Shown in pieces: positions 46,643 to 56,513 of a stretch of DNA of 64,000 nucleotides. The number at the start of each line of letters is the position of its first letter. Position 1 is the first letter of the stretch. The notes under the pieces were generated by a model. The model ran no database searches. It worked only from the letters and a program-made list of their open reading frames with translations, and had not been told where the DNA came from. The DNA is from Spirochaetia bacterium (GTDB lineage: Bacteria > Spirochaetota > Spirochaetia > CAKZLE01): NCBI GenBank assembly GCA_963677595.1, contig OY782041.1, forward strand, positions 576,001 to 640,000, in the 5' to 3' direction. Both the position numbers and the translations under genes were made by a program.

Positions 46643-47551
46643 TCAATACGGGACTTTGCGAAACTCGTTCGGGGTGAGATCTACGATCTTCCTGAACGCC
46701 CTGATGAAATGAGAGGATGAGCTGAACCCACAGTGTTCCGCTATCGTCTCGATAGTCGCTCGGGAATTGGTAAGCAGGCGTTTTGCTTCGAGGATCCTCC
46801 TATTCTGCAGGTATTGGTGCGGGGCAAGGCCTAACTCTTCCCTGAACAACCGGCTGAAATGGAATTGACTATAATTGAAACGGGCTGCTATTTCATTGAC
46901 CTGCAGCGGTTCGGCATAATGCTCATCAATGAACTTGACTGCTCCTGCGATTTTCTCGTTACTGCAGCCATCTTCATGGTCTGCAACCAGATGTGTGAAG
47001 ATACTGTGTAGATGGAGTGACCGGATATGCCCATCACCATTCCCGCTCTTCAGCAGCTTCATCAGTTCCGCCATATGGGCACCAGCTGCCTTTGCAGCAT
47101 CACCGGTGAAATGGGATCCCCTGCTTCGATAGATATACTCGATATATTCGTCTGTGATATTCCCGGAGAAGTGTACGAACGCGAACGTAACCGGTCTTTG
47201 GGCATAATAACAGTTCGGATATGCCCCGCTGAGCAGCACCACATCCCCCACTCCTGCGACCCATACCCTGTCGCGATACTCGAAGCACAGCTCCCCTTCG
47301 AGCATATGGAACATGATGGAAGAATCAAAACATGGACGATCTATACGATAGGGATAGTCACAATGATACACTGCCCCGAAATGGACATTGAACAGGTACC
47401 GATTGACGAATTCGCTGACAGTCGGGAAGTATATGCCCTCTTTCCCGAGCACACCCCGTTCAGGGATTCCTGTCTCGCTGTCCAAAACCAGGGTCGTCGA
47501 CCTACCGATCACATCAGTCTTCATACAGTACCTCGTGAATTCAGGATACAC
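46643..47551 (-). CDS. AraC family regulator
   Basis: C-terminal double HTH (GFSSSSHFIRAFRK); divergent from a UroD-family gene. Confidence 0.92.
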   Translation of the reverse strand: MYPEFTRYCMKTDVIGRSTTLVLDSETGIPERGVLGKEGIYFPTVSEFVNRYLFNVHFGAVYHCDYPYRIDRPCFDSSIMFHMLEGELCFEYRDRVWVAGVGDVVLLSGAYPNCYYAQRPVTFAFVHFSGNITDEYIEYIYRSRGSHFTGDAAKAAGAHMAELMKLLKSGNGDGHIRSLHLHSIFTHLVADHEDGCSNEKIAGAVKFIDEHYAEPLQVNEIAARFNYSQFHFSRLFREELGLAPHQYLQNRRILEAKRLLTNSRATIETIAEHCGFSSSSHFIRAFRKIVDLTPNEFRKVPY

Positions 47552-47716
47552 GATAGAGCAAGATTTGTATATTATTAAGCAATTTTATATAGTGACTTCT
47601 CTAAACAGTAATATATCATACAATTAAAGAACCTCTTGAAGCATCACACTACAATATTGAAAGCAAGATAGTACAATCACTATAAATTCGACAGGTGAGA
47701 GCCAAGGAGAACGGAC

Positions 47717-48964
47717 ATGACAGGAAAAGAGCGGGTATTGGATGCGATCAACCATAAGTCCGGAAAAGTGCCGGTCGATTTCGGATCCAATGCGGTAACC
47801 GGGATGCATGTATCCATCGTTCAGGCCCTGCGGGACCATTATGGGTTAGAAGAACGTCCAGTTAAAGTGATAGAGCCCTATCAGATGCTCGGTGAAATCG
47901 ATGACGAGCTCAAACAGCAGATCGGGATCGATGTAGAAGGACTTTTCTCCCCCCTATCGAACTGGGGGTTTCCCCTCACAGACTGGAAGGAGTGGACCAC
48001 TCCCTGGGGACAGGAAGTCCTGGTACCGGGGAAGTTCTCAGTCTCGACTGAAGGCGGAGCCACATTCATATATCCTCAGGGTGACCGGGACTCAGCCCCC
48101 TCCGGACATATGCCGGAAGGCGGGTATTTCTTCGATACCATCATCAGGCAGAACCATTTCGATGAGAACACTATCAGGGTCGAGGATAATCTCGAGGAAT
48201 TCACGCTTTTCAATAATCAGGATCTGCAGTTCTACCGGGACCATAAGCAGTGGGCAGCCAATTCTGATCGGGCTGTACTTGGAAGCTTCCCTGGAGCCGG
48301 TCTTGGTGATATAGCCCTCGTACCCGGCCCCGGCCTGAAGGACCCAAGGGGGATCCGAGACGTGACCGAATGGTATATGTCCATGGCCCTGCGGCAGGAC
48401 CTCCTCCATGAGATCTTCGCTTCTCAGACAGATATAGCCCTGCAGAACCTGCAGACCTACAAAGATATTCTCGGGGACTCCATACAGATCGTGTTCACCT
48501 GCGGGACCGATTTCGGCACCCAGAATTCCCAGTTCTGCTCGACTGTCGCATTTGATGAGCTCTACCTTCCCTACTACCGAAAAGTGAACGACTGGATCCA
48601 CAGCAATACGAACTGGAAGGTCTTCAAGCACAGTTGCGGGGCAGTAGAGGGATTCCTGAGCCATTTCATCGAAGCCGGGTTCGACATCATCAATCCAGTC
48701 CAGTGTTCCGCTGCAGGGATGGACCCAATGACTCTCAAAGAACGTTATGGTAAGGATATCACCTTCTGGGGCGGAGGGGTGAACACACAGCACACGCTCC
48801 CCTTCGGAACACCGGAGGATGTTCGGAAAGAAGTCCTTGAGCGGCTAGAGATCTTCTCCCGTGATGGGGGCTACGTCTTTGATGCCATTCATAATGTCCA
48901 AGCCCAGACACCTATTGCCAATGTGGTTGCCATGCTCGAGGCTGTGCAGGAGTTCAATGCCTGA
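47717..48964 (+). CDS. UroD/MtaA-CmuA family protein (methyltransferase-like)
   Basis: DFGTQ, HSCG, FWGGGV.TQ and HN motifs. Confidence 0.85.
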   Translation: MTGKERVLDAINHKSGKVPVDFGSNAVTGMHVSIVQALRDHYGLEERPVKVIEPYQMLGEIDDELKQQIGIDVEGLFSPLSNWGFPLTDWKEWTTPWGQEVLVPGKFSVSTEGGATFIYPQGDRDSAPSGHMPEGGYFFDTIIRQNHFDENTIRVEDNLEEFTLFNNQDLQFYRDHKQWAANSDRAVLGSFPGAGLGDIALVPGPGLKDPRGIRDVTEWYMSMALRQDLLHEIFASQTDIALQNLQTYKDILGDSIQIVFTCGTDFGTQNSQFCSTVAFDELYLPYYRKVNDWIHSNTNWKVFKHSCGAVEGFLSHFIEAGFDIINPVQCSAAGMDPMTLKERYGKDITFWGGGVNTQHTLPFGTPEDVRKEVLERLEIFSRDGGYVFDAIHNVQAQTPIANVVAMLEAVQEFNA

Positions 48965-49043
48965 GGAGAGAGACTGGTCGGAGAAAAGGGAGGGCACCAT
49001 GATCTGCCATGATGCCCTTCCTACAGCCGGATCTCTCTTACTA

Positions 49044-50282
49044 TCAGTAGCGAATCGAGTTCACTACCTCATACATCGCTACGATATTCTCCGGGGGGAT
49101 CCCCGGGAGCATGTTATGGATCGGGGTGAACACGAAACCACCGTCCTTCATGAAGATCTCACAATTCCTCTTCACCGCATCCCTGACCGACTGCTCATCC
49201 CCGAAGGCCAGCAGGTTCTGGGTATCAACTCCACCACCCCAGAACACCAGGTCTTTCCCGAACTCGTTCTTCAGTTCCTGGGGATCCATGTTAGTACATT
49301 GGGTCTGTACCGGGTTGAGGATATCAAGGCCCGCCTCGATGAGGGAGGGAATGAGGTCCTTGATCGCACCGCAGCTGTGGATGAACGTCTTGAGGCTGGA
49401 ATGCTCATGGACGAAATCGAAGACCGCTTTATGGTACGGGAAGATCAGTTCTTTGTATAAAGCCGGGGAAATCAGCGGGGCAGACTGCATCCCGAGGTCA
49501 TCCGAGAATATGATGACATCAGCATAGCCGTCTACGGCCTTGAGGTATTTCTCGAGATTGACGAAGTGCCTCTCCAGCATCGTATCAAAGAGCATCCTCA
49601 CCTCGTCAGGCTCTACCAGCATCTTCATGAAGAACTCATCATTCCTGTAGAGCCACTGGCCGGGCTCGAACACGATGTTGCTGTAATTGGCCGTGATGCA
49701 GTAGTCGGTCTCATCATACAGCTTCTTGGCAGCCCTGTTGATATTCTCATAGAAGTCCGGTTCACTGTCATGGAGGAACATCGGGTCCTTGATCGTCAGC
49801 CAGCTCACCTTCTTCATGGCTTGCTCCAGATCATCGAAGTTCTCGTTCGTCTTGCCGTAATATGGATAGATCTGCTGGTCAAAATAGAACGCACCCTCAA
49901 CCATGGAGGTGAGCACATCCCCGTCATCATCAACGACGACCCATTCAGATCCTCTCTTCTCCAGCTTAGCCCAGCCGGGGAACTTCGCCTTCGATCCATC
50001 GGGGAGTGTCCAATCCTTCCACTCAGAGTCGTTGAAACTGTAGACTCTGGCAAGGTCTACTACATCGATCTGGAACTTATCAAGGTACCATTGCTCAGGG
50101 AGCGCAAGCTGCTGGTTGACATCATAGATCCGGGTCGTACTGCCAGACACCCCGAGATACTCCTTCACATCGTTATACAGCATAGCGCTGATACCTGAGG
50201 AGTGCATACCGCCGCAATCAAGGGCTATCTTATCCGCTTCCTTGTGATTCAGGACAGCCCGTACTCGCTCTCTTCTTGTCAT
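49044..50282 (-). CDS. UroD/MtaA-CmuA family protein (second paralogue)
   Basis: DDLGMQ, HSCG, FWGGGVDTQ and HN motifs. Confidence 0.85.
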   Translation of the reverse strand: MTRRERVRAVLNHKEADKIALDCGGMHSSGISAMLYNDVKEYLGVSGSTTRIYDVNQQLALPEQWYLDKFQIDVVDLARVYSFNDSEWKDWTLPDGSKAKFPGWAKLEKRGSEWVVVDDDGDVLTSMVEGAFYFDQQIYPYYGKTNENFDDLEQAMKKVSWLTIKDPMFLHDSEPDFYENINRAAKKLYDETDYCITANYSNIVFEPGQWLYRNDEFFMKMLVEPDEVRMLFDTMLERHFVNLEKYLKAVDGYADVIIFSDDLGMQSAPLISPALYKELIFPYHKAVFDFVHEHSSLKTFIHSCGAIKDLIPSLIEAGLDILNPVQTQCTNMDPQELKNEFGKDLVFWGGGVDTQNLLAFGDEQSVRDAVKRNCEIFMKDGGFVFTPIHNMLPGIPPENIVAMYEVVNSIRY

Positions 50283-50456
50283 GTTATCCTCCTCCTTTTC
50301 TTGAAAACCATCCAGAACAACTGCTGCGCGCTCACTGCAGGAACGCTTTATTCCTCAGAACCCCTGAGATGATGACAAGCTGTGGTGTATGGTAATGAAT
50401 CAGGGCGATCCTGAAAGCTCTTCTGCTCACAGGAAAGCCCTTATAAATCGTAGTAT

Positions 50457-51239
50457 CTAGAAGATACCCATGATCGCCTTGACGGCGGTCGCAGTATCTT
50501 TCTCCGGGAACAGTTCGGACCCGACGATCCCCTCGTACCCCAGCTTCTTGAGGTGCTTCATCACATTGGGGTAGTTGATCTCACCAGTCCCCGGCTCATG
50601 CCTGCCCGGGGCGTCTGCGATATGTATATGACCGATCGTATCCACGAACTCGGAGAGGGTATCACAGATTTTCCCTTCGTTGAGCTGCATGTGGTACACG
50701 TCATAGAGGATCTTCACCCTCGGTGACCCGATAAGCCGTATCATCTCTGCTGCCATCCTGGTGTTCTCCAGGAAATTCCCCACATGGTCTGTCGTGATGT
50801 TCAGCCCTTCCAGGTTACAGTTGATCCCAAACTCCTCAGCCATGACAGAGACATCCTTGAGCATATCATACATCGAACAGAGCTTGACCGTATGTGAGAG
50901 CTCGGTGTAGTGGTTCACCACCACTCCCCCGTCGCCCAAAGCATTGGAGTGGATCGTCACGCTCAATGATCCTAGTCGCTTGGCTACCTCCAGGGACTGC
51001 CGGAGAAAATCCAGATATTTCTCCTTATGGGTCGGGTCTACCAATGAATAGTCAGCATCACCATTATACCCGCAGATGCCAATCCCTGCCTCATCGGCGA
51101 GGCGTCTCACCTCGTCGATATCCTTATCTCTCCAATCCCAGAATTCCACAAAGTCGAACCCATCCTGCTTTGCTGCAGCGAAGCGTTCTTCCCATGGCAG
51201 TTCTGTATATAATGTCTCTATACAGGCTGCAGTCTTCAT
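50457..51239 (-). CDS. Hydroxypyruvate-isomerase-like TIM barrel sugar isomerase/epimerase
   Basis: YDVYHMQ and HIADAPGRHEPGTGEINY motifs. Confidence 0.88.
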   Translation of the reverse strand: MKTAACIETLYTELPWEERFAAAKQDGFDFVEFWDWRDKDIDEVRRLADEAGIGICGYNGDADYSLVDPTHKEKYLDFLRQSLEVAKRLGSLSVTIHSNALGDGGVVVNHYTELSHTVKLCSMYDMLKDVSVMAEEFGINCNLEGLNITTDHVGNFLENTRMAAEMIRLIGSPRVKILYDVYHMQLNEGKICDTLSEFVDTIGHIHIADAPGRHEPGTGEINYPNVMKHLKKLGYEGIVGSELFPEKDTATAVKAIMGIF

Positions 51240-52255
51240 CCGTCGATCTCCGATAACTTGACTGGTCGATTCTCTTCAAGCGACTTCAGTGCGGCAAGAG
51301 CGATCACTACCGGCATCCTTCCATCATTACCTGTTACAGGTACCGGGGTATCCTCAGCGACTGCGGTAACGAATGCCTTGAACTCATTGACATATGCTGC
51401 CGTATATCGCTCAACGAAGAACAGCGGATGAAGGTCTTTCTGGATGGCTTTCCCACCGCTGAGTACAACGGTATTCGTATCCATGTTCTTTGCCTCGAGC
51501 ATACCTTCAGACCCGAACGCCTCGATCCTCTGGTCATATCCATAGACAGCCTTTCTGCTGTTGTCAATGATCCCGAGTGCCCCGTTCGCGAACTTCAGGT
51601 TGATCACACAGGTGTCGATATCACCAGCCTTCCCGATCTCGGGGTCAACCAGGACAGCGCCTGCAGCATACACCTCTTCGACTTCACAGCCGGCGATGAA
51701 CCTTACCATATCGAAGTCATGGATGGTCATATCCCTGAACAGGCCGCCTGACCGGCCGATGTACTCGATCGGTGGTGGTCCCGGATCCCGGCTTGCTATC
51801 CTGAGGAAATGCAGCTCGCCGATCTCGCCCCGGTCGATCCCGTCCCGCACTCGTGCGAAGTTCGGGTCGAATCGCCTGTTGAATCCTACCTGCAGCTTGA
51901 CACCGCACTCTTTTACCACAGCAAGGGTCTTGTCGATCTTCGCAAGATCCAGGTCTATCGGCTTCTCACAGAAGATATGCTTCCCGGCCTGCGCAGCAGC
52001 CTGGATATAGTCAGCATGGGTATCGGTACTCGAACAAATGACGACAGCATCAATCTCTGAATCTTCCAGGATATCCTCTATCCGTGATGTAGCCAGGGGA
52101 ACATCGAACTTCTTCGCTACTTCCTCAGCGACTGGAAGATATGCATCGCAGACAGCCTTCACACTCACACCATCGATTCTCTTGGTGAGTGTCTCAACAT
52201 GAAACGAACCAATCCGACCGGTTCCGATTACACCTATATTCAACGTTTGCGGCAT
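51236..52255 (-). CDS. iolG: Inositol 2-dehydrogenase
   Basis: GTGRIG, CEKP, GFNRRFD, SRDP, DMTIHDFD and YGYDQR motifs. Confidence 0.88.
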   Translation of the reverse strand: MPQTLNIGVIGTGRIGSFHVETLTKRIDGVSVKAVCDAYLPVAEEVAKKFDVPLATSRIEDILEDSEIDAVVICSSTDTHADYIQAAAQAGKHIFCEKPIDLDLAKIDKTLAVVKECGVKLQVGFNRRFDPNFARVRDGIDRGEIGELHFLRIASRDPGPPPIEYIGRSGGLFRDMTIHDFDMVRFIAGCEVEEVYAAGAVLVDPEIGKAGDIDTCVINLKFANGALGIIDNSRKAVYGYDQRIEAFGSEGMLEAKNMDTNTVVLSGGKAIQKDLHPLFFVERYTAAYVNEFKAFVTAVAEDTPVPVTGNDGRMPVVIALAALKSLEENRPVKLSEIDG

Positions 52256-52437
52256 ACACGCCTCCTTGTTTTTTTATGATGTAACTCTAACACCAGCAAC
52301 AGGTACTGTCGATTTTTTTTTATTTCTTCCATAAATTGGTATAAGATATAGATAAGAACCATAATGCTATTAGCCTGATACAGGCTGTTAAGGTTTCCTG
52401 TTGGCTCAGGAAGTTAGGAAGAAGCGAGGTAGAACAG

Positions 52438-53403
52438 ATGGGAAAGCAGAGATTACGGATGAAAGACCTGGTAACGGAGGTGTTTCTCTATCTGTCAAAG
52501 AAGTTCGACCAGAGCAGCCTCGATTCGATCAACCAGCTGGTCGTCCCGATCGAGGAGATCCGCTCCTATCTCAATGAGAAGTACGCCATCTCCTACACGA
52601 GCAACCAGCATATACTCAATCAGTTGAAGAGTTATCAGGAGGAACTCGGGGAACCGCTCTTCAAGAAGATAAAACCGAAGAGAGACTCCGACGACCTCGC
52701 CATCACCCTTGAGAGCCAGCTGAAGAGCTACAAGCAGAAACAGCTGCTCTATATCACGCAGAAACTCAAGATCGCGAATGCTGTCTATGACAAGATCCTT
52801 CACGAGACGGAATTTCAGCCGGTTCGGCCATTGAATATCTTATTGGGAGCCGGTTCCGAGACGTTCTATGTCGCAAAGACCCTGGTTTCGGGGATCAAGG
52901 AACAGGGGATGCAGTTTCGGGTCTACACCCATAACCTGGGAGTCATCAACTACCTCATGGAGGAGCTTCCCCATCTGGGGGGACTGGAACTCTATACCCG
53001 AAATGAATGGATCGACCCGGTCAACAATCTCCTCATAGCTACTGGGGAGGATCATTACCTTACGGTGAAATACGACTACATCATACAGGCCGCGACCTTC
53101 ATCGCCGATAAGAAGCTCTATGTGGAATCCCCGAAGGAGAATATCCAGAAAGGCGATATCCTCAACCACGCACATGGGCAGAAGATCCTCATCCTCACGA
53201 AGCATGAGTTCATCTCCACCCATATCAACAGTATGGAATCGTATGGGACACTGGATCTCTATGATTATGTCATCATCCCGTATTCCAGGGAGACACAGAA
53301 CAGACAGAAGGAGTATTCAGAAATATTGAAAAAATACGTGGGCAGCGTCATCGAACCTGATATCACCCACTACAATTACATGGTGTACAAGATACTGAAA
53401 TAA
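52438..53403 (+). CDS. Divergent DeoR-like regulator (tentative)
   Basis: K..IA, LLGAGS, YTHN and KILI pattern resembles the DeoR sensor domain; divergent from iolG. Confidence 0.55.
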   Translation: MGKQRLRMKDLVTEVFLYLSKKFDQSSLDSINQLVVPIEEIRSYLNEKYAISYTSNQHILNQLKSYQEELGEPLFKKIKPKRDSDDLAITLESQLKSYKQKQLLYITQKLKIANAVYDKILHETEFQPVRPLNILLGAGSETFYVAKTLVSGIKEQGMQFRVYTHNLGVINYLMEELPHLGGLELYTRNEWIDPVNNLLIATGEDHYLTVKYDYIIQAATFIADKKLYVESPKENIQKGDILNHAHGQKILILTKHEFISTHINSMESYGTLDLYDYVIIPYSRETQNRQKEYSEILKKYVGSVIEPDITHYNYMVYKILK

Positions 53404-53471
53404 TATGAACAAGGCTGCCGTATGACCAGCATTGATCTAACGGCAGCCTCTATCTATCTGCATTCAGGACG

Positions 53472-54416
53472 CTATTTTTTCAGTGACTTCGCAGCTTCTA
53501 CGATCTTGGCTGCAGTAAGGCCGAATCGATCCTGCAGGTATCCCTGCTTGCCGACTTCACCGAACTCATCGTTCACTGCTACCCTTCTCATGAGGGTCGG
53601 CAGGTTCTCTGAGAGGTACTCACTTACCGCCCCGCCGAGTCCTCCGATCTTCTGGCCGTTCTCGCAGGTCACGATCGCACCAGTCTTCTTCGCATACTCT
53701 GCCACAAGGGCTTCGTCAAGCGGCTTGACCGTATGCATGTCGATGACAGCAGCACTGATTCCCTCTTCTGCGAGGATCTCCCGTGCCTTGAGGGCTTCGC
53801 TCACCATCACCAGACCTGTGGCGATGAGGGTCACGTCAGTCCCGTCCTCGATGACGATGCCCTTGCCCAGCTCGAAGTTCTGGTCCTCTTTGTAGATGGT
53901 CATGGCGCCTTTCCGGTGCAGCCTCATGTAGACTGGTCCCTGGTGCTCATAGACCTTCTTGGTAAGCTTGTACAGTGACACGGTATCGCAGGGCTCGACG
54001 ACCACCAGTCCGGGGATCACCCGAGTCAGGGTGATATCGCAGAACGGCATGTGGGTCCCACCGTTGAACTGGGCGGTCACTCCCGGGTCAGACCCGACGA
54101 GCTTCACATTCTGCTTCGCATAGTTCACGGATAGGAAGAACTGGTCGAACGCCCGTCGTGTGGCAAAACACCCGAAGGTAGAGGCGAAGGGGATGAACCC
54201 CTGGGAAGCGAGACCGGCAGCGACACCGACCATGTTCGCCTCAGCGACACCGGCATTGATCATCCTCTCAGGGAATTCGGTCTTGAACGCCTTGGTCCCG
54301 TTCGCTGACATCAGGTCAGCATCCATGACGACTACTTTATCATCTTCCTTTGCCAGGTCGATGAGCGTATCGGTATATACCGCTCTCATATCTGCATAGG
54401 TATCTAACTTCTTCAT
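53472..54416 (-). CDS. Transketolase C-terminal subunit (pair B)
   Basis: DADL, GVAEANMVG, NGGTH and DMHTVKPLD motifs. Confidence 0.93.
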   Translation of the reverse strand: MKKLDTYADMRAVYTDTLIDLAKEDDKVVVMDADLMSANGTKAFKTEFPERMINAGVAEANMVGVAAGLASQGFIPFASTFGCFATRRAFDQFFLSVNYAKQNVKLVGSDPGVTAQFNGGTHMPFCDITLTRVIPGLVVVEPCDTVSLYKLTKKVYEHQGPVYMRLHRKGAMTIYKEDQNFELGKGIVIEDGTDVTLIATGLVMVSEALKAREILAEEGISAAVIDMHTVKPLDEALVAEYAKKTGAIVTCENGQKIGGLGGAVSEYLSENLPTLMRRVAVNDEFGEVGKQGYLQDRFGLTAAKIVEAAKSLKK

Positions 54417-54417
54417 C

Positions 54418-55245
54418 TTACTTCTCCCCCTGCAGCACTGCGATAGCTTCTTTTGCTGTCTCATAGGTGAATGCCATGCTGTGTGAGCTAACCAACCCTT
54501 CAGCAGGTGCGAACCCCTTTGCCTTGATCGTATCGCAGACGATCATGGAAGGCCGGTCCGTGACCTTCTGGGCATTGTCGATCGCTTTCGCGATGGCTGC
54601 CACGTTATGGCCGTCGATCCTCTGGACATGCCAGCCGAACCCGTTCCACTTGGTGGTAATATCATCGATGCCCATGACATCGGCGGTCTCCCCGTCGATC
54701 TGCATCTTGTTGTAGTCGGTGAAGGCGATCATGTTCCCGAGCTTGTAGTGAGCACCGAACATGGCAGCTTCCCAAACCTGGCCTTCCTGGCTCTCACCGT
54801 CACCGATGATCAGGTAGGTATGTGCGTCGATGCCCTTCATCTTATCTGCAAGCGCGATACCCATCGCAGCTGAGGTTCCCTGTCCAAGAGACCCGGTGGT
54901 GAAATCGATCCCCGGGGTCTGGTTCATATCACAGTGGCTGGGAAGTCTGGTCCCGCCCTGGTTCAGGGTATGCAGCCATTCTTTCGGGAAGAATCCCTTG
55001 TCTGCCAGTACTGCGTAGAGAGCTGGTCCGGAGTGGCCCTTCGAGACGACCAGCTTGTCCCTGGTCTCCATCCTCGGGTTTGCAGGATCCACATTCATCT
55101 TGTCATAATAGAGCACTGTCAGGATGTCGACCACTGACATGGCTCCCCCGATGTGACCGACTCCGAGGTACCCAACCTCATCGATCGTGAGCACACGAAT
55201 ATCCTTCGCTTTCTGCTCTAGGAAGGTCCTTTGTTCTGCTTCCAT
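54418..55245 (-). CDS. Transketolase N-terminal subunit (pair B)
   Basis: GHIGG, SKGH, GSLGQG and GDGE..EG..N TPP motif. Confidence 0.93.
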   Translation of the reverse strand: MEAEQRTFLEQKAKDIRVLTIDEVGYLGVGHIGGAMSVVDILTVLYYDKMNVDPANPRMETRDKLVVSKGHSGPALYAVLADKGFFPKEWLHTLNQGGTRLPSHCDMNQTPGIDFTTGSLGQGTSAAMGIALADKMKGIDAHTYLIIGDGESQEGQVWEAAMFGAHYKLGNMIAFTDYNKMQIDGETADVMGIDDITTKWNGFGWHVQRIDGHNVAAIAKAIDNAQKVTDRPSMIVCDTIKAKGFAPAEGLVSSHSMAFTYETAKEAIAVLQGEK

Positions 55246-55498
55246 TTGCCTTGTTCCTCCTCATCGTGAAGCTGCGTAATAGTGTATCACATCTTACACG
55301 ACCGTATGTTGTTCATGGAGAGGTGCCCATACCACCGCCCCAGTTTCTCTATGCATCATCAGCCGATCTTCCAGGTTCATATCGTCCCGGCTTCAGGCAT
55401 CTGCCTGAGTCGCCCCTGGAAAAGCACCGACTGTCTCTGCATCTCCATAAAAGATACAATAATTCGACAGGAAGTTCTACACCTTCTCTGGATACAGC

Positions 55499-55525
55499 GA
55501 AGCCCCCGCAGGATACGGGGGCTTC
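55499..55525 (-). terminator. Hairpin after transketolase pair A
   Basis: GAAGCCCCCG/CGGGGGCTTC stem. Confidence 0.65.
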
Positions 55526-55561
55526 AGGAGTTATATATACTTCTTATTCAGAAACTGTCGG

Positions 55562-56509
55562 CTATTGCTTCAGTGACTTTACCGTCTCTACGATATCTTC
55601 AGCCATCAGCTTGTATCGCTTCTGCAGGTAGGCAAGGTCCCCGACCTCGCCGAACTCATCATCGATCCCCATCCGTCTCACCAGTGTGGGGTGGACTTCA
55701 GAAAGATAATCAGCCACAGAAGAGCCCAGGCCGTTGTATCGCTGGGCATTCTCGATCGTGACGACCTTCCCGGTCTTCTTCGCATACTCAAGCACCAACG
55801 CTTCATCCAGAGGCTTTATGGTGTGCATATCGATGACTGCGGCACTGATTCCTTCAGCCTCCAGCAGTTCTGCCGCCTTCACGGCAGCATCCACCATGAC
55901 CAGACCGGTCGCGATCAGGGTCACGTCGGTCCCGTCGGATAACACGATCCCCTTGCCAAGCTCGATCGGTGTCTCATCGGTATACCTGACGGTCGTCCCC
56001 TTCCGCTGGAGCCTCATGTAGGTGGATCCCACGTGGGCTGCTGACTGCTGCGTCAGCTTGTAGCAGGAGACAGAATCAGACGGCTCGAAGACCACGAGAC
56101 CCGGGACCATCTTCATCAGCCCGAAATCCTCGAACGGCATGTGCGTCCCCCCGTTCATCTGGGAGGTGATCCCCGGGTCAGTTCCTACCAGCTTCACGTT
56201 CTGCTTCGCATAGTTCGCCGAGAGGAAGAACTGGTCGAATGCCCTTCTCGAGGCAAAACAGGCAAAGGTATGGGCGAATGGGATCAGCCCCGTGGATGAC
56301 AGCCCTGCGGCGATCCCTACCATATCTGCCTCAGAGATCCCGACGTTGAAGAACCGGTCAGGATACGTCTTCTGGAACCCGCCGGAGTTCACGCAGCCTG
56401 ACAGGTCAGCATCCAGCATCACGATCCGTTCATCATCTGCTGCAAGGTCAGCCACAGCTGCTACGAACGCATCCCTCATATGATCGAATGTGGTAAAATC
56501 TTTTGCCAT
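55562..56509 (-). CDS. Transketolase C-terminal subunit (pair A)
   Basis: DADL, GISEADMVG, NGGTH and DMHTIKPLD motifs. Confidence 0.93.
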   Translation of the reverse strand: MAKDFTTFDHMRDAFVAAVADLAADDERIVMLDADLSGCVNSGGFQKTYPDRFFNVGISEADMVGIAAGLSSTGLIPFAHTFACFASRRAFDQFFLSANYAKQNVKLVGTDPGITSQMNGGTHMPFEDFGLMKMVPGLVVFEPSDSVSCYKLTQQSAAHVGSTYMRLQRKGTTVRYTDETPIELGKGIVLSDGTDVTLIATGLVMVDAAVKAAELLEAEGISAAVIDMHTIKPLDEALVLEYAKKTGKVVTIENAQRYNGLGSSVADYLSEVHPTLVRRMGIDDEFGEVGDLAYLQKRYKLMAEDIVETVKSLKQ

Positions 56510-56513
56510 ATCC

